From assembly GCA_004321905.1 (NCBI GenBank), contig SCQF01000012.1:5411-69410 (forward strand): DNA of 64,000 nucleotides. The letters are read 5' to 3'. The notes beneath the pieces were generated by a model, which saw only the letters and a program-made list of their open reading frames with translations, did not search any database and was not told where the DNA came from. A program made the translations under genes and the position numbers. Below are positions 36,656 through 47,429 of the stretch, piece by piece (position 1 is the stretch's first letter; each line of letters opens with the position of its first letter). The stretch is from Verrucomicrobiota bacterium. GTDB lineage: Bacteria > Verrucomicrobiota > Kiritimatiellia > CAIQIC01.

Positions 36656-37495
36656 ATGACAGAAGTGACCGTCATTCGCGCCAGCCAGCCGTGGTGGCGC
36701 ATCAATTTCCGGGAGCTATGGGAGTACCGGGACCTGATGGGAATCATGGCGCGGAGGGACCTGACCTCGGCCTACAAGCAGAGCGTGCTGGGACCGGCTT
36801 GGTTTGTGCTCCAGCCGCTGCTGACGACGCTGGTGTTTACGGTGGTCTTCAGCAACATCGCGGGAATCGGGACGAACGGGATTCCGCCGCTCCTGTTCTA
36901 CATGAGCGGGATGCTGATCTGGAACTTTTTCGCGACGTGTATGAACTCCATAGCGGGAACCTTGACAGACAACGTGGGGCTGTTCGGGAAGGTATATTTT
37001 CCACGGTTGAGTGTGCCGGTGGTGAAGGTGATGGTCACGACAACGACGGCGGGCTTGAACTTCCTGATGTTTCTTGGATTCTGGGCCTACTACCTGTTTT
37101 TCACGGATACGGCGCTGCCGGCGGCTTGGCACATGCTGCTTCTCCTGCCCATTCTGGCCTACGCGGCGATGCTGGGGATAGGGATGGGGCTACTGCTGTC
37201 CTCCATGACGATCAAGTACCGGGATCTCAACTTTTTCCTGCCCTTCTTCTCGATGCTGTGGATGTACGCCTCGCCAATCATCTATCCGGCGAGCATGGTG
37301 CCGGAGCGGTGGCAGTGGGTGATCCTGTACAATCCGATGTCGTGGGCGGTGGAGGCGACGCGCCGCAGCTTGGCCGGCCAGGGGACCTTCAGTCTCGAAC
37401 AGGTGGCTATCGGGGTAGTTTCCGCCGTGCTGTTGCTGGTGGTGGGCCTGTTTGTATTCAACCGGGTGCAGCGGACTTTCGTGGATATTGTGTGA
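36656..37495 (+). CDS. wzm: Polysaccharide ABC exporter permease
   Basis: ELWEYRDL, YKQSVLG..W..LQPL, KVYFPR, KYRD, YNPM. Confidence 0.93.
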   Translation: MTEVTVIRASQPWWRINFRELWEYRDLMGIMARRDLTSAYKQSVLGPAWFVLQPLLTTLVFTVVFSNIAGIGTNGIPPLLFYMSGMLIWNFFATCMNSIAGTLTDNVGLFGKVYFPRLSVPVVKVMVTTTTAGLNFLMFLGFWAYYLFFTDTALPAAWHMLLLLPILAYAAMLGIGMGLLLSSMTIKYRDLNFFLPFFSMLWMYASPIIYPASMVPERWQWVILYNPMSWAVEATRRSLAGQGTFSLEQVAIGVVSAVLLLVVGLFVFNRVQRTFVDIV

Positions 37496-37508
37496 GCGGA
37501 GGGGAGCC

Positions 37509-38804
37509 ATGGACGCGCCGGCCATTTCAGTGCAGAACATCTCGAAGAGGTATCACCTCGGGTCCATCAACCGCCGGACGCTGGCGGATGAGATCCGCTA
37601 CGGCTGGCTGAAGCTGTGCGGGCAGGATCCGGTCGTGCACATGGGGACAGTGGGGGCGAAGCCGAGCAAACGGAATCCGGAATTCTGGGCTTTGCGGGAT
37701 GTGTCCTTCGATGTACAGCCGGGCGAAATTGTCGGCATCATCGGCCGCAATGGCGCCGGCAAATCCACGTTGTTGAAAATCCTCACGCGCATCACGGAAC
37801 CCACCGCTGGCAAAGCCTTCATTAATGGCCGCGTGGGATCTCTGCTGGAAGTGGGCACCGGTTTCCACCCGGAATTGACTGGCCGCGAGAACATCTACAT
37901 GAACGGCACCATTTTGGGCCTGAAGAAACGGGAAATCGCCGCCAAGTTCGATCAAATCGTAACCTTTGCCGAGGTGGAGAAATTTCTGGACACGCCGGTG
38001 AAACGTTATTCCTCCGGCATGTATGTCCGCTTGGCGTTTGCCGTGGCGGCCCACCTAGATCCGGAAATCTTGATCGTGGATGAGGTCCTCGCGGTGGGGG
38101 ATACCGCCTTTCAAAAGAAATGTTTGGGGAAGATGGGCGCAGTCGCCCGGGAGGGGCGCACGATTCTCTTTGTCAGTCATAATATGGCGGCCATAGAAAA
38201 CCTGTGCAGTCACTGCATTCTACTACAGGACGGAACAATCGCGGGGGATGGACCGACCGACGAAATAATCTCCCGCTATCTGCGCAAGGCGATGGATTCG
38301 ACCGGCGAAGCGAAAGGACTAAGCGAACGCACCGACAGATCAGGGTCGGGCGCAGTGGTTTTGTCCGACTTCCATCTCGAAGATACCAAGGGACGCCAAG
38401 TGTCTGCACTTCAAAGTGGTGCAGATGCAATATTTGCATTTACCATCTCGAACCGGACAGGAAAAAGCATCCAGCGACTGGATGCCGGTTTCTCGATTCA
38501 CGACGCCACTGGCAGTCAGGTGTTCACCATCCTTTACAGTTCCTATCAAAACCATGAATTCGAAATGACTTCCGCAAGGGGTTGTATCCGCTGCAAGGTT
38601 CCGGAGCTTCCCTTGGCGGCAGGGCGGTATCGGATCGGTGCACGCCTGACCCTCCAGGGCGTGGAAACTGATTGGCCCCAAGATGGGGTGGGATGGCTGG
38701 ATGTCATTGAAGGTGATTTTTATGGGTCAGGTCACAAGGGCTTTGGCAGTCATGCGCCGTTTTTATTGAAAGGCGACTGGAACCTCGCGGAGCAAGGAAG
38801 CTGA
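37509..38804 (+). CDS. wzt: Polysaccharide ABC exporter ATPase with C-terminal Wzt_C domain
   Basis: GRNGAGKST, YSSGM, ILIVDEVLAVGD, VSH; about 170-aa C-terminal extension. Confidence 0.93.
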   Translation: MDAPAISVQNISKRYHLGSINRRTLADEIRYGWLKLCGQDPVVHMGTVGAKPSKRNPEFWALRDVSFDVQPGEIVGIIGRNGAGKSTLLKILTRITEPTAGKAFINGRVGSLLEVGTGFHPELTGRENIYMNGTILGLKKREIAAKFDQIVTFAEVEKFLDTPVKRYSSGMYVRLAFAVAAHLDPEILIVDEVLAVGDTAFQKKCLGKMGAVAREGRTILFVSHNMAAIENLCSHCILLQDGTIAGDGPTDEIISRYLRKAMDSTGEAKGLSERTDRSGSGAVVLSDFHLEDTKGRQVSALQSGADAIFAFTISNRTGKSIQRLDAGFSIHDATGSQVFTILYSSYQNHEFEMTSARGCIRCKVPELPLAAGRYRIGARLTLQGVETDWPQDGVGWLDVIEGDFYGSGHKGFGSHAPFLLKGDWNLAEQGS

Positions 38805-38807
38805 TCT

Positions 38808-39500
38808 ATGCTGCAAGCGTTATTGACGCACATCAAAGACCGCCGTTGTCCGCGAGAGCAAAGGGACTCGTTCGCACTCGAAAAGTTGGACATCAAGCTG
38901 GAGCCTTATTTGCGGCGGCGCGGCGGTTTCTTTATAGAGGCTGGAGCCAATAACGGCATCAGCTATAGCAACACGCTTTACTTTGAGAAATATCTAGGCT
39001 GGCACGGTTTGCTGATCGAGGCGGTTCCTTCGTTGTCCGAAGACTGTCAGAAAAATCGCCCGCGCTGCCTTGTTGAGCATTGCGCTTTGGTTGCGGCGGA
39101 ATATCCACAGCACACCATAGAGATACAGTATTGCAACCTGATGAGTATCGTCCCAGGGGCCTTGGGTGATGCCGAGGAGGAAAGGAAACACATCCAAGAC
39201 GGCCTTCAATTCCTGAAAAGTCATGAAAAGGTCTATACAACAAGGGTGCCCGCCCAGACGTTAAGCGCGATAATAGATAAGCATCAGATCGAACACATTG
39301 ATCTGCTGTCACTTGATGTTGAAGGCTATGAGGCCCAAGCCCTCAAAGGCATTGATTTTGACCGCCACCGGCCAGAGTTTATGCTCATCGAAGTGCGCCG
39401 TAAGCCGGAAATCGAAGCGGTCATTGGAAAATATTACACCGTTGTCGCCGTGTTGCAGGCCAACGAAGCCTATGCTGACATTCTCTACCGAAGGCTATAA
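38808..39500 (+). CDS. FkbM-family methyltransferase
   Basis: FFIEAGANNG..SNT, IDLLSLDVEGYE. Confidence 0.9.
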   Translation: MLQALLTHIKDRRCPREQRDSFALEKLDIKLEPYLRRRGGFFIEAGANNGISYSNTLYFEKYLGWHGLLIEAVPSLSEDCQKNRPRCLVEHCALVAAEYPQHTIEIQYCNLMSIVPGALGDAEEERKHIQDGLQFLKSHEKVYTTRVPAQTLSAIIDKHQIEHIDLLSLDVEGYEAQALKGIDFDRHRPEFMLIEVRRKPEIEAVIGKYYTVVAVLQANEAYADILYRRL

Positions 39501-39546
39501 AACCCGAAAAATAATGGCACCATTCGAAGCGCGTTGGCGATAACCC

Positions 39547-40218
39547 ATGCTGGACGTAATAAAAAGACTTAGGCACATCCTTGGCAGCAGCCTGCGGTTC
39601 GCCGGGGGGATGAAAAGCTCGAAAAACGACGCTTCATCAACCCCGCGCGACGCAAGCTTGGATTTAATCGGGTCGCTGATTGCTTCGGGCGAGCCTATCA
39701 AATTGGAGATCGGGGCGGGAACCAAGAAGGGCGCGCAGGGTTGGTTGACCTCAGACCAGTGTCCCGGGGCCGACTTAATGATGGATTTGCTGAAGCCTTT
39801 CCCTTTCCCTGATAATACCGTCAGCAAAATCTATTCATCCCATGTGCTTGAGCATTTCTACACTGACCAACTGAAGTTTGTCTTAGGCGAATGTCGGCGT
39901 GTCTTGAAGCCGGGCGGCATGATGAGCGCCTGTGTGCCGGATGCCGGACTATACGTAGCGGCGTACTTGCATCCTGAAGCTTTTGATGCAGAAAAATACT
40001 GCAAGTATAAGCCAGGCTATAATTTCTACTCCAGCATCGATTATTTGAATTACATCGCTTACATGGGCGGGCATCACCGCCATATGTTTGACATGGAGAA
40101 TCTGCTGACGATCCTGTCGGAGAGTGGTTTTCGGAATGGCAGAGCGCGGAAGTTTGACCCTGAATTGGATCTGGCCAACCGGGACGACGAATCAATCTAT
40201 GCGGAATGCGAAAAATAA
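39547..40218 (+). CDS. Class I SAM-dependent methyltransferase
   Basis: LEIGAG, FPFPDNTV, SSHVLEH, RVLKPGG. Confidence 0.88.
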   Translation: MLDVIKRLRHILGSSLRFAGGMKSSKNDASSTPRDASLDLIGSLIASGEPIKLEIGAGTKKGAQGWLTSDQCPGADLMMDLLKPFPFPDNTVSKIYSSHVLEHFYTDQLKFVLGECRRVLKPGGMMSACVPDAGLYVAAYLHPEAFDAEKYCKYKPGYNFYSSIDYLNYIAYMGGHHRHMFDMENLLTILSESGFRNGRARKFDPELDLANRDDESIYAECEK

Positions 40219-41138
40219 TGCGCCCAATCATCTCCTTAAGGAAGCTGGCAGGTTTATTTAACAGACAAACCACCCAAAAAACATATGAGCAATGGGCCGG
40301 CAGAAAATACACCTCCGATCCTCAGATAACATTTGTCATTCAATGTCACAACAAAAGCGAATCCGTGTGTAAATTAGTCAGCAAGCTTAGGCACGCTGAA
40401 CATTCAGAAATTATTGTCATTGACGATGGTTCACTGCTGAATCATACGAAATTGCTATCATCCTATTTAAACAGACCCAATGAGTTCTTACTTCGGGCGA
40501 ATGATCTATATGAAGTGATAATGTATGATAGGGCGATTTGGATGGCCCGGGGGGAATACATTGTTCTGATGCAGGATGATGATGACTTTTCGGACCTCAA
40601 CTGGGTTGCCGAGGGGCTGCGGTATTTAAAAGCCGACCCCAAGCTTACTATACTCGGAGGTAGAGATGGGGGGAAGTTACTCCCGTTTGAGACGACCATT
40701 GATGGAGCGAGAGGGCCTTATGAATTCGACGGGAAAACCGGAGGCAGGGTAAACTCATTTAGATTTGAATTGTCAGGAATACCTGCCAGCAAACATAGTT
40801 TTGAATATGTAATGTATACGGATAGAGCCCCCATGTGGCTGAACAGGAAAATTTTCATAAAGACATTGAGTCATATAGATATTTCTTTCGCTCCATTCCA
40901 ATGGGATGACGCAGAAGTTTGCCTGCGCACATGGCGTAGTGGCTATCATGTAGCTTGGTATAAAGCAAACTTCCAACTGGAAAAGCTTGGCGTCGGAGGC
41001 ATGCGTTTATGGAACACCGTTCTTCAACAGCGACAGGATGAAGTTAATGCAAAGAAGCTTTACCAGTTACACGGTGCATATTTAAGTCAAATATGCTTAT
41101 GGGTAGAAGCAGCGAATAAGCAAATATTGGCTTCGTAA
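40206..41138 (+). CDS. Glycosyltransferase family 2
   Basis: EIIVIDDGS, ARGEYIVLMQDDD. Start may be 40218. Confidence 0.8.
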   Translation: MRKIMRPIISLRKLAGLFNRQTTQKTYEQWAGRKYTSDPQITFVIQCHNKSESVCKLVSKLRHAEHSEIIVIDDGSLLNHTKLLSSYLNRPNEFLLRANDLYEVIMYDRAIWMARGEYIVLMQDDDDFSDLNWVAEGLRYLKADPKLTILGGRDGGKLLPFETTIDGARGPYEFDGKTGGRVNSFRFELSGIPASKHSFEYVMYTDRAPMWLNRKIFIKTLSHIDISFAPFQWDDAEVCLRTWRSGYHVAWYKANFQLEKLGVGGMRLWNTVLQQRQDEVNAKKLYQLHGAYLSQICLWVEAANKQILAS

Positions 41139-41166
41139 TCCCTCGCCTCTATGACCTGAGCATGAA

Positions 41167-42903
41167 GTGACTACCGCGCAAGACATCCCTATCCTGCTCA
41201 TGGTCTTTAACCGTCCGGATTTAGCGCACCGGGTCCTGGAACAGATCCAAACGGCGCGACCCACCCGTCTGTTTATTGCGGCAGATGGCCCCCGTCCGGA
41301 TCATCCGGATGATGACCGGAACTGTCAGGAAACACGACGTCTAGCCACACAGATTGACTGGCCGTGCGAGGTGAAAACCCTTTTTCGGGATCATAATCTG
41401 GGGTGCGATGCCGCCGTCGGCTCGGCCATCCCTTGGTTTTTTGAGCATGTCGAGGCGGGCATTGTTCTTGAGGACGACTGTCTTCCGGATCCGTCTTTTT
41501 TTCCCTTTTGCGCCGAATTGCTCGAGCGACACCGCGACGACGAGCAGATCATGGCAATCACCGGGTGTTGTTTTCAGCCAAACGGGTTTGATTCCGACTC
41601 ATCCTATTTCTTTTCGCAGTATCCATACACCTGGGGTTGGGCAACCTGGCGCCGCGCGTGGAAGCACTACAAGCAGACCCCGGCGGAATACCCCTGTCTA
41701 TTCGATTTTGAATGGTTGACCAATCTTCTGGGCAGCGAGATGGCAGCCCGCTATTGGAGCAACATCATTACCCGTTGCCATGAGAACCAAACCAGTGCAT
41801 GGGATTACCGGTGGATTTTCTCGGTCTGGGCCAATCAGGGTCTGGGGATCCAGCCGTCACGAAATCTTGTGAGCAATATAGGCTGCGACGCGCGAGCCAC
41901 CCATACCAAGTCAGACTGTGCCGAAATGTTTAATCGTTCCACGCAAGCCATGGCCTTTCCCCTTAAGCATCCTCCCGCAGTTGTCCGCCATGTTGCGGCT
42001 GATCGTGTTTACGAAATGCGTTATTTATGTCCCGAACCAGGCAGCAAACCTGCACCCGTAATCCAGCGTGACCGGCCCTTGCTCCAACGAGTATCACCCC
42101 GACCGCTGATCGGAAAAATACTACGCTGTATACGCGGCATGCACGACATCCCCCGCGCCGCGCCCCTCAGCCGCGAGCGGGAAGAGGCGGAGCGGTTCTT
42201 GCAACATGAATTCAACTTTTACCGGGTTCAAGTGCAGGCGAATACGATGGCTCCCGTAGAACGCCAGTTGTCGCTTTATCGCCAAGCGGTTGCTTGCGAA
42301 CAGAACGGAATCCCCGGAGCCTTCGTGGAGTGCGGCACGTGGAAGGGCGGCCTGGTCGGAGTGATGGCGTTAGCGAACCTCCGTCACGGTCTGACGCGGC
42401 GTTCAGTGCACCTGTTTGATTCCTTTGAGGGCATCCCCGAGCCTGATCCCGCCATGGACGGAGCCAAAGCCGTGGCGGAGGCCGAATCCGTGGGTTGTCA
42501 TCCGACCGGCAAGCTACAGGCCGTGCGAGGATTCTACGAGAATTTCGCGTCGGGAACCGGCACGCTGGAGGACAACAGACATTTGCTGGAACGGGTCATC
42601 GGGTACCCAGTTGAATATCTGCATTACCATGTCGGCTGGTTTCAGGATACTGTACCGGCCGCTGCCGAAACCATGGGGCCAATCGCCATCCTTCGGCTCG
42701 ATGGCGATTGGTACGCCTCGACCCGAGTTTGTTTGGAAGGTCTGTTTTCCCGGCTGGTCCCCGGCGGATATTTGATCATTGACGACTATGGTTGCTACGA
42801 AGGTTGCCGCCGCGCGACGGACGAGTTTTTCACCTCCTGCGGCGTTCAACTACCGTTGACCGCAATTGACGCTCAAGCCGTCTACGGAGTTCTCCCGGCA
42901 TGA
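41167..42903 (+). CDS. Fusion: nucleotide-sugar transferase (GT-A) + TylF/MycF O-methyltransferase
   Basis: N-terminal FNRPD, ADGPR, LEDDC, WGWATWRRAW; C-terminal VECGTWKG, LFDSFEG, GWFQDT, LRLDGDWY, IDDYG. Confidence 0.85.
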   Translation: MTTAQDIPILLMVFNRPDLAHRVLEQIQTARPTRLFIAADGPRPDHPDDDRNCQETRRLATQIDWPCEVKTLFRDHNLGCDAAVGSAIPWFFEHVEAGIVLEDDCLPDPSFFPFCAELLERHRDDEQIMAITGCCFQPNGFDSDSSYFFSQYPYTWGWATWRRAWKHYKQTPAEYPCLFDFEWLTNLLGSEMAARYWSNIITRCHENQTSAWDYRWIFSVWANQGLGIQPSRNLVSNIGCDARATHTKSDCAEMFNRSTQAMAFPLKHPPAVVRHVAADRVYEMRYLCPEPGSKPAPVIQRDRPLLQRVSPRPLIGKILRCIRGMHDIPRAAPLSREREEAERFLQHEFNFYRVQVQANTMAPVERQLSLYRQAVACEQNGIPGAFVECGTWKGGLVGVMALANLRHGLTRRSVHLFDSFEGIPEPDPAMDGAKAVAEAESVGCHPTGKLQAVRGFYENFASGTGTLEDNRHLLERVIGYPVEYLHYHVGWFQDTVPAAAETMGPIAILRLDGDWYASTRVCLEGLFSRLVPGGYLIIDDYGCYEGCRRATDEFFTSCGVQLPLTAIDAQAVYGVLPA

Positions 42904-44201
42904 ATCTGCTGCATTTCTCCAACGCCGATATCGCCGGCGGCGCGGCGCAGGCCACCTATCAGCTCCACGCTTTGCTGCGGGAAGCCGGCCACCACTCCGT
43001 CTTGGCGGTCCGGCAGAAGTTCTCCTCCGATCCCGATGTGGTGCCGGTAGGCGTGCGCTCATTGCGGACCGGCCACTGGTCGGAACTGGTCGAACGCGCC
43101 CGCGCCCGTATGTCGGGGGGCTATCGCGTAACGCCCCTGCCCTTCCACTACTTCAATCGAAATCTTGCGCCGATTCCCGATCTGGATGCCGCCTTGCAGG
43201 CGATGCCGCAGCCGGACGTTCTTTTCCTGCACTGGATTACCCATCTGCTGACTGTGGCCGATATTCGCAGGCTCGCTGAACGGGTGGCCTGCCCCATTAT
43301 CTGGGTACTGCTGGACATGGAACCCATGACCGGCGGATGCCATTATCCCGGGAGCTGCACCCGATTCCAGACCGGATGCAAAAACTGTCCTCAATTGCAG
43401 GCCGATGAAAGCCGTAATTGGGCGGAGCGCACCTGGCTTGAGAAACAACAACTGACGGATTTGCCGATCACCTTCCTGGCCCCTACAAAATGGCTTGGGG
43501 ATCGGCTGGCCGAAAGCGAAATCTTCCGCAAACATCCCGTCGCCCGGATTCCGCTCCCCATGAGTGGACGACTGCGGCCCTTGAATAAAGTCATGGCCCG
43601 CGAAATTTTAGGAATGCCCCTCGACAAGAAAATTATTCTCATCGGGAGCCATGACCTGAACGATCCCCGGAAGGGAATGGATCACCTGCTCACAGCCGCG
43701 AAAATTCTAGCGACACGGAGGCCGCCCGACTCTGCGCCGTCGTTCCAAAACAAGGATCTTCTTTTTTGGCTGATGGGATCCAATGGGCGCAGCTTGGCTG
43801 ACGCACTCCCGTTTCCTTCCCATGAGGCGGGCTATATTCAGCATAACATTGAGTTGGCCCTGACGTATCAATCGGCCGACGTGTTTGCCTGCCCGTCCCT
43901 CGAAGATGCGGGGCCGATGATGGTCTCGCAAGCCATGCTTTGCGGCACCCCGGTGGTCGCTTTTAACACAGGCATCGCCCCCGAATTGATCACCTCAGGG
44001 GACAACGGCTACCTTGCAAGACTAGGCGATGCCGTCGATTTCGCGCACGGACTGGAGCAGCTACTCGCCGACGACGGCTCAGCGGGGTTGCGTGCAGCGG
44101 CGGCGGCCGCCCGGCACCATGACCCACACCAAATTGAGCGCAGGTACGAGGCACTGCTCGCCCACCTGACCCAGCGCCCGACGGAGCCAACCAAGACGTG
44201 A
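42900..44201 (+). CDS. Glycosyltransferase family 4 (WcaC-like)
   Basis: GGAA, TGGCHY, DPRKG, PSLEDAGP, AMLCGTPVV. Confidence 0.88.
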   Translation: MNLLHFSNADIAGGAAQATYQLHALLREAGHHSVLAVRQKFSSDPDVVPVGVRSLRTGHWSELVERARARMSGGYRVTPLPFHYFNRNLAPIPDLDAALQAMPQPDVLFLHWITHLLTVADIRRLAERVACPIIWVLLDMEPMTGGCHYPGSCTRFQTGCKNCPQLQADESRNWAERTWLEKQQLTDLPITFLAPTKWLGDRLAESEIFRKHPVARIPLPMSGRLRPLNKVMAREILGMPLDKKIILIGSHDLNDPRKGMDHLLTAAKILATRRPPDSAPSFQNKDLLFWLMGSNGRSLADALPFPSHEAGYIQHNIELALTYQSADVFACPSLEDAGPMMVSQAMLCGTPVVAFNTGIAPELITSGDNGYLARLGDAVDFAHGLEQLLADDGSAGLRAAAAAARHHDPHQIERRYEALLAHLTQRPTEPTKT

Positions 44202-44959
44202 GTGATCTACGATATCGGGTATTGGACTGGGACAGCCAATGGTTCGGCATCCCGATCGGGCGCGCCGACCTCCCGAAGATCACGGCCGCCTCTGCCGCAG
44301 CGGTGGATGCGTGGGCCCGAAGGCAGGGGCTCAAGTGTGTTTACGTTTTTGAGGAGAACGGCATCCAAGCAAATGAATCCTTCGCGGGGTTCAAACCCAT
44401 GGATATTCGGGTGGAGTATGAACTCGACCCGGCTGTGCTGGCGAAAGGCCCCTCGGATGCATCGTTTTCCATGCGCCCTGATGAACAGGAAGCGGTGTGT
44501 TCCCTCGCCCGCCAACTGTTCACCGCAACGCGCTTTTCACGCGATGCGGGGTTCCCCCCGGCGCGTGTACGTGAACTTTATGCGGAATGGGTGCGCCGGG
44601 ATAGCGCGGGGTGCGTCCCTGGCTGCCGGGTGATCCGGGCCGATAATGAAATTATTGGATTTGTCACTGGACGCACAGATTCGACTGATGCCACGCGAGG
44701 CTCGATCGGGCTGCTCGGCGTGGCGGAAGCCTATCGCGGTCGCGGTCTTGGGGCGAAGCTGCTGGATTATGTGTGCCGGGCTTTCGTGAAAACCGGGGTA
44801 AAACGAGTGACGGTGGTCACCCAAGAAATAAATACAGCCGCTTGCCATCTCTATGAACACGGCGGTCATGTCATTGCACGAGGTTGCTGGTATCATCGTT
44901 GGTATGATGACGCCGGATCCGGCAGCAGGAACACGCATGGCTTTTCAAATCCCATTTAA
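44198..44959 (+). CDS. GNAT acetyltransferase, dTDP-fucosamine acetyltransferase (WecD)-like
   Basis: LDWDSQWFG, TRF..D, IGLLGV...RGRGLG, VVTQ..N; adjacent to wecE. Confidence 0.82.
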   Translation: MSDLRYRVLDWDSQWFGIPIGRADLPKITAASAAAVDAWARRQGLKCVYVFEENGIQANESFAGFKPMDIRVEYELDPAVLAKGPSDASFSMRPDEQEAVCSLARQLFTATRFSRDAGFPPARVRELYAEWVRRDSAGCVPGCRVIRADNEIIGFVTGRTDSTDATRGSIGLLGVAEAYRGRGLGAKLLDYVCRAFVKTGVKRVTVVTQEINTAACHLYEHGGHVIARGCWYHRWYDDAGSGSRNTHGFSNPI

Positions 44960-46082
44960 CAAACCCTTCATCGCGGGCAAGGAACTGACCTACATCGCCC
45001 AAGCGGTGGCGGGCGGTCAGTTGTCCGGTGACGGCTCGTTTACGCACCGATGCCACGCTTGGCTCGAGCAAAATCTGGCATGTCGCATGGTGCGGCTCAC
45101 GCACTCCGGCACAGCGGCCTTGGAGATGGCCGCCATTTTGGCGGACATCCAGCCCGGCGATGAAATCATCATGCCTTCGTTCACCTTCGTCTCAACTGCA
45201 AACGCCTTTGTATTGCGCGGGGGAGTGCCCGTTTTTGTTGATATTCGACCAGACACGCTAAATCTGGATGAAACATTGATTGAAACCGCCATGACCCCAA
45301 AAACCAAGGCAATCGTGCCCGTGCACTACGCCGGGGTGCCCTGCGAAATGAATACCATTCTCGACGTGGCAAAGCGCCACAATACGTGGGTCATTGAAGA
45401 CGCCGCGCAGGCGCTGCTTTCGACTTATCACGGGCGGCCCTTGGGAACGATTGCTGATCTCGGGTGCATCAGCTTCCATGAAACCAAGAATATCATCAGT
45501 GGCGAGGGCGGAGCCCTGCTGGTGAATCGTCCGAGCTGCATGGAAAGGGCAGAGATCATTCGGGAAAAAGGCACCAACCGCAAACGCTTTCTCCGGGGCG
45601 ACGTGGACAAATACACTTGGGTGGATATCGGTTCCTCCTACCTGCCGAGCGAACTCACGGCGGCGTTTCTGCTCGCGCAGTTTGAGCGCGCCAATGAGAT
45701 CATCCGCCGACGCTGCCGGATTTGCGATCGGTACGGCACCGGGCTTCAGGAGCTTGCTCGTCGCGGGCTGGTGATGTTGCCCTTCCGTTCGCGTGAGACA
45801 GGATCCAACGGACATATGTATTATCTTGTCACCCGTTCGCCCGAGGAACGCCAAAGACTGCTGGGCCACCTTCGCGCACAAGGGATCCTGGCGGTCTTTC
45901 ATTATGTGCCATTGCATACGTCCCCGGCGGGACAGCAGTATGGTCGTGTCGGCGGCGACATGACCGTCACCGACCGGGTCAGCGCCTGCCTGCTGCGGCT
46001 GCCCGTCTATTACGGGATGACGGACGCCGAAACCGACCAAGTGATCGAACAAATACTCAAGTTCTACGCCCAACGGTCATAA
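44937..46082 (+). CDS. wecE: dTDP-4-amino-4,6-dideoxygalactose transaminase
   Basis: IPFNKP, SGDG.FT, EDAAQ, SFHETKN, DKYTWVDIGSSYLPSE, FHYVPLH. Confidence 0.93.
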   Translation: MAFQIPFNKPFIAGKELTYIAQAVAGGQLSGDGSFTHRCHAWLEQNLACRMVRLTHSGTAALEMAAILADIQPGDEIIMPSFTFVSTANAFVLRGGVPVFVDIRPDTLNLDETLIETAMTPKTKAIVPVHYAGVPCEMNTILDVAKRHNTWVIEDAAQALLSTYHGRPLGTIADLGCISFHETKNIISGEGGALLVNRPSCMERAEIIREKGTNRKRFLRGDVDKYTWVDIGSSYLPSELTAAFLLAQFERANEIIRRRCRICDRYGTGLQELARRGLVMLPFRSRETGSNGHMYYLVTRSPEERQRLLGHLRAQGILAVFHYVPLHTSPAGQQYGRVGGDMTVTDRVSACLLRLPVYYGMTDAETDQVIEQILKFYAQRS

Positions 46083-46097
46083 GGTCCCTACAAACTC

Positions 46098-47015
46098 ATG
46101 ATGACTTCCCGTTCTCCTGCTCCCGCCATCCCGGCAATATCGCCGCGGATCAGCATTGTCACACCGTCCTTCAACCAAGCCCCTTTTCTGGAACAAACCA
46201 TCCGGTCTGTCTTGGGGCAGGATTATCCCAACCTTGAGTACATCATCATCGACGGCGGCAGCACCGACGGTTCGGTAGACATTATCCGAAAATACGCCGA
46301 CCGGCTGACCTATTGGTGTAGCGAATCCGACCACGGACAATACGATGCCATCAACAAGGGCTTTGCTCATTCTACTGGCGAAATTATGGCGTGGGTAAAC
46401 GCAGATGATATGATCTTTCCATGGACGCTCGGCGTTGTGGCGCAAATTTTCTCGGAATTTCGGGAGGTCACATGGATCTCAAGCCTTTTGCCTGCATGTT
46501 GGAATAGCGCAGGCCTTTTTGTCGGTGTTTTCCCGAGAACGGGATTTAATCGCACCCTTTTCTATCGCGGACAGTACTTTAAGCACCCTCGCCATTATGG
46601 AGGTGAGTTCATCCAGCAGGAGTCCACCTTCTGGCGACGGGTGCTTTGGGAAGGGGTTGGCGCACGCCTGTCAAACCAATATAAGCTAGCGGGAGATTTT
46701 GAATTATGGGCGCGGTTTTTTCAGCACGCAGAGTTATTCGGCGTTAGGACCCTCCTGGGTGGATTTAGAGTTCACGGGAACCAGCGATCGATTACAAATA
46801 TGAACGAGTACATAGCAGAGGCCGATGCCGTGCTTTATCAATACGGCGGAAGACATTATGGCGCGATAGAATCATGGATAAAGCGTACAAAACTCGGCGC
46901 AAAATGGCCATTTTGCAGGTTTCCATTTATGGGTTTTGTCCATCCTGTATCTAATATTGGATGGTCGTTAGACAAAAGCGAATGGGTTAAAAAAACCGAA
47001 TGGGTCAGCAGTTAA
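46098..47015 (+). CDS. Glycosyltransferase family 2
   Basis: [31 protein letters not shown]. Confidence 0.92.
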   Translation: MMTSRSPAPAIPAISPRISIVTPSFNQAPFLEQTIRSVLGQDYPNLEYIIIDGGSTDGSVDIIRKYADRLTYWCSESDHGQYDAINKGFAHSTGEIMAWVNADDMIFPWTLGVVAQIFSEFREVTWISSLLPACWNSAGLFVGVFPRTGFNRTLFYRGQYFKHPRHYGGEFIQQESTFWRRVLWEGVGARLSNQYKLAGDFELWARFFQHAELFGVRTLLGGFRVHGNQRSITNMNEYIAEADAVLYQYGGRHYGAIESWIKRTKLGAKWPFCRFPFMGFVHPVSNIGWSLDKSEWVKKTEWVSS

Positions 47016-47019
47016 AGCT

Positions 47020-47352
47020 ATGGTCGGTAAGAAAGCTTGTGCCTTAGTGAAAGAAGCAATCATTATAATCGAGTTAATGCCCGCGACAGGGTGTTTATCT
47101 GCCAAAATACTCAAGCGATTCGCACTGCACCGATTTTTGAGAGACGCAACCCATCGGTTACCCTGCCTCGCCTTTCTACCCGATGGACGCGACAGAGACC
47201 AAGCCGATACGCGGTGGCAACTTCCCCCGGATATGATTATAGCGTTTCTCAAAATTTTTGGATTTTCTACGACCCACGTTTGTCATCACCGACAGACCAG
47301 TGTACTCAGAGGTACCAGTTTGGATTTATACACGGTCGCAGGACGGCGTTAA
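47020..47352 (+). pseudogene. Possible methyltransferase C-terminal fragment / hypothetical
   Basis: 110-aa co-oriented ORF ending LYTVAGRR; resembles the tail of class I methyltransferases but has no SAM-binding motif. Confidence 0.35.
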
Positions 47353-47429
47353 TGAATAGGTATGCGGTGTATATAATCGTTTCAATAATGCCCCTGATCT
47401 TTTCGTGAAAAATCTGATCCACACAGCCC

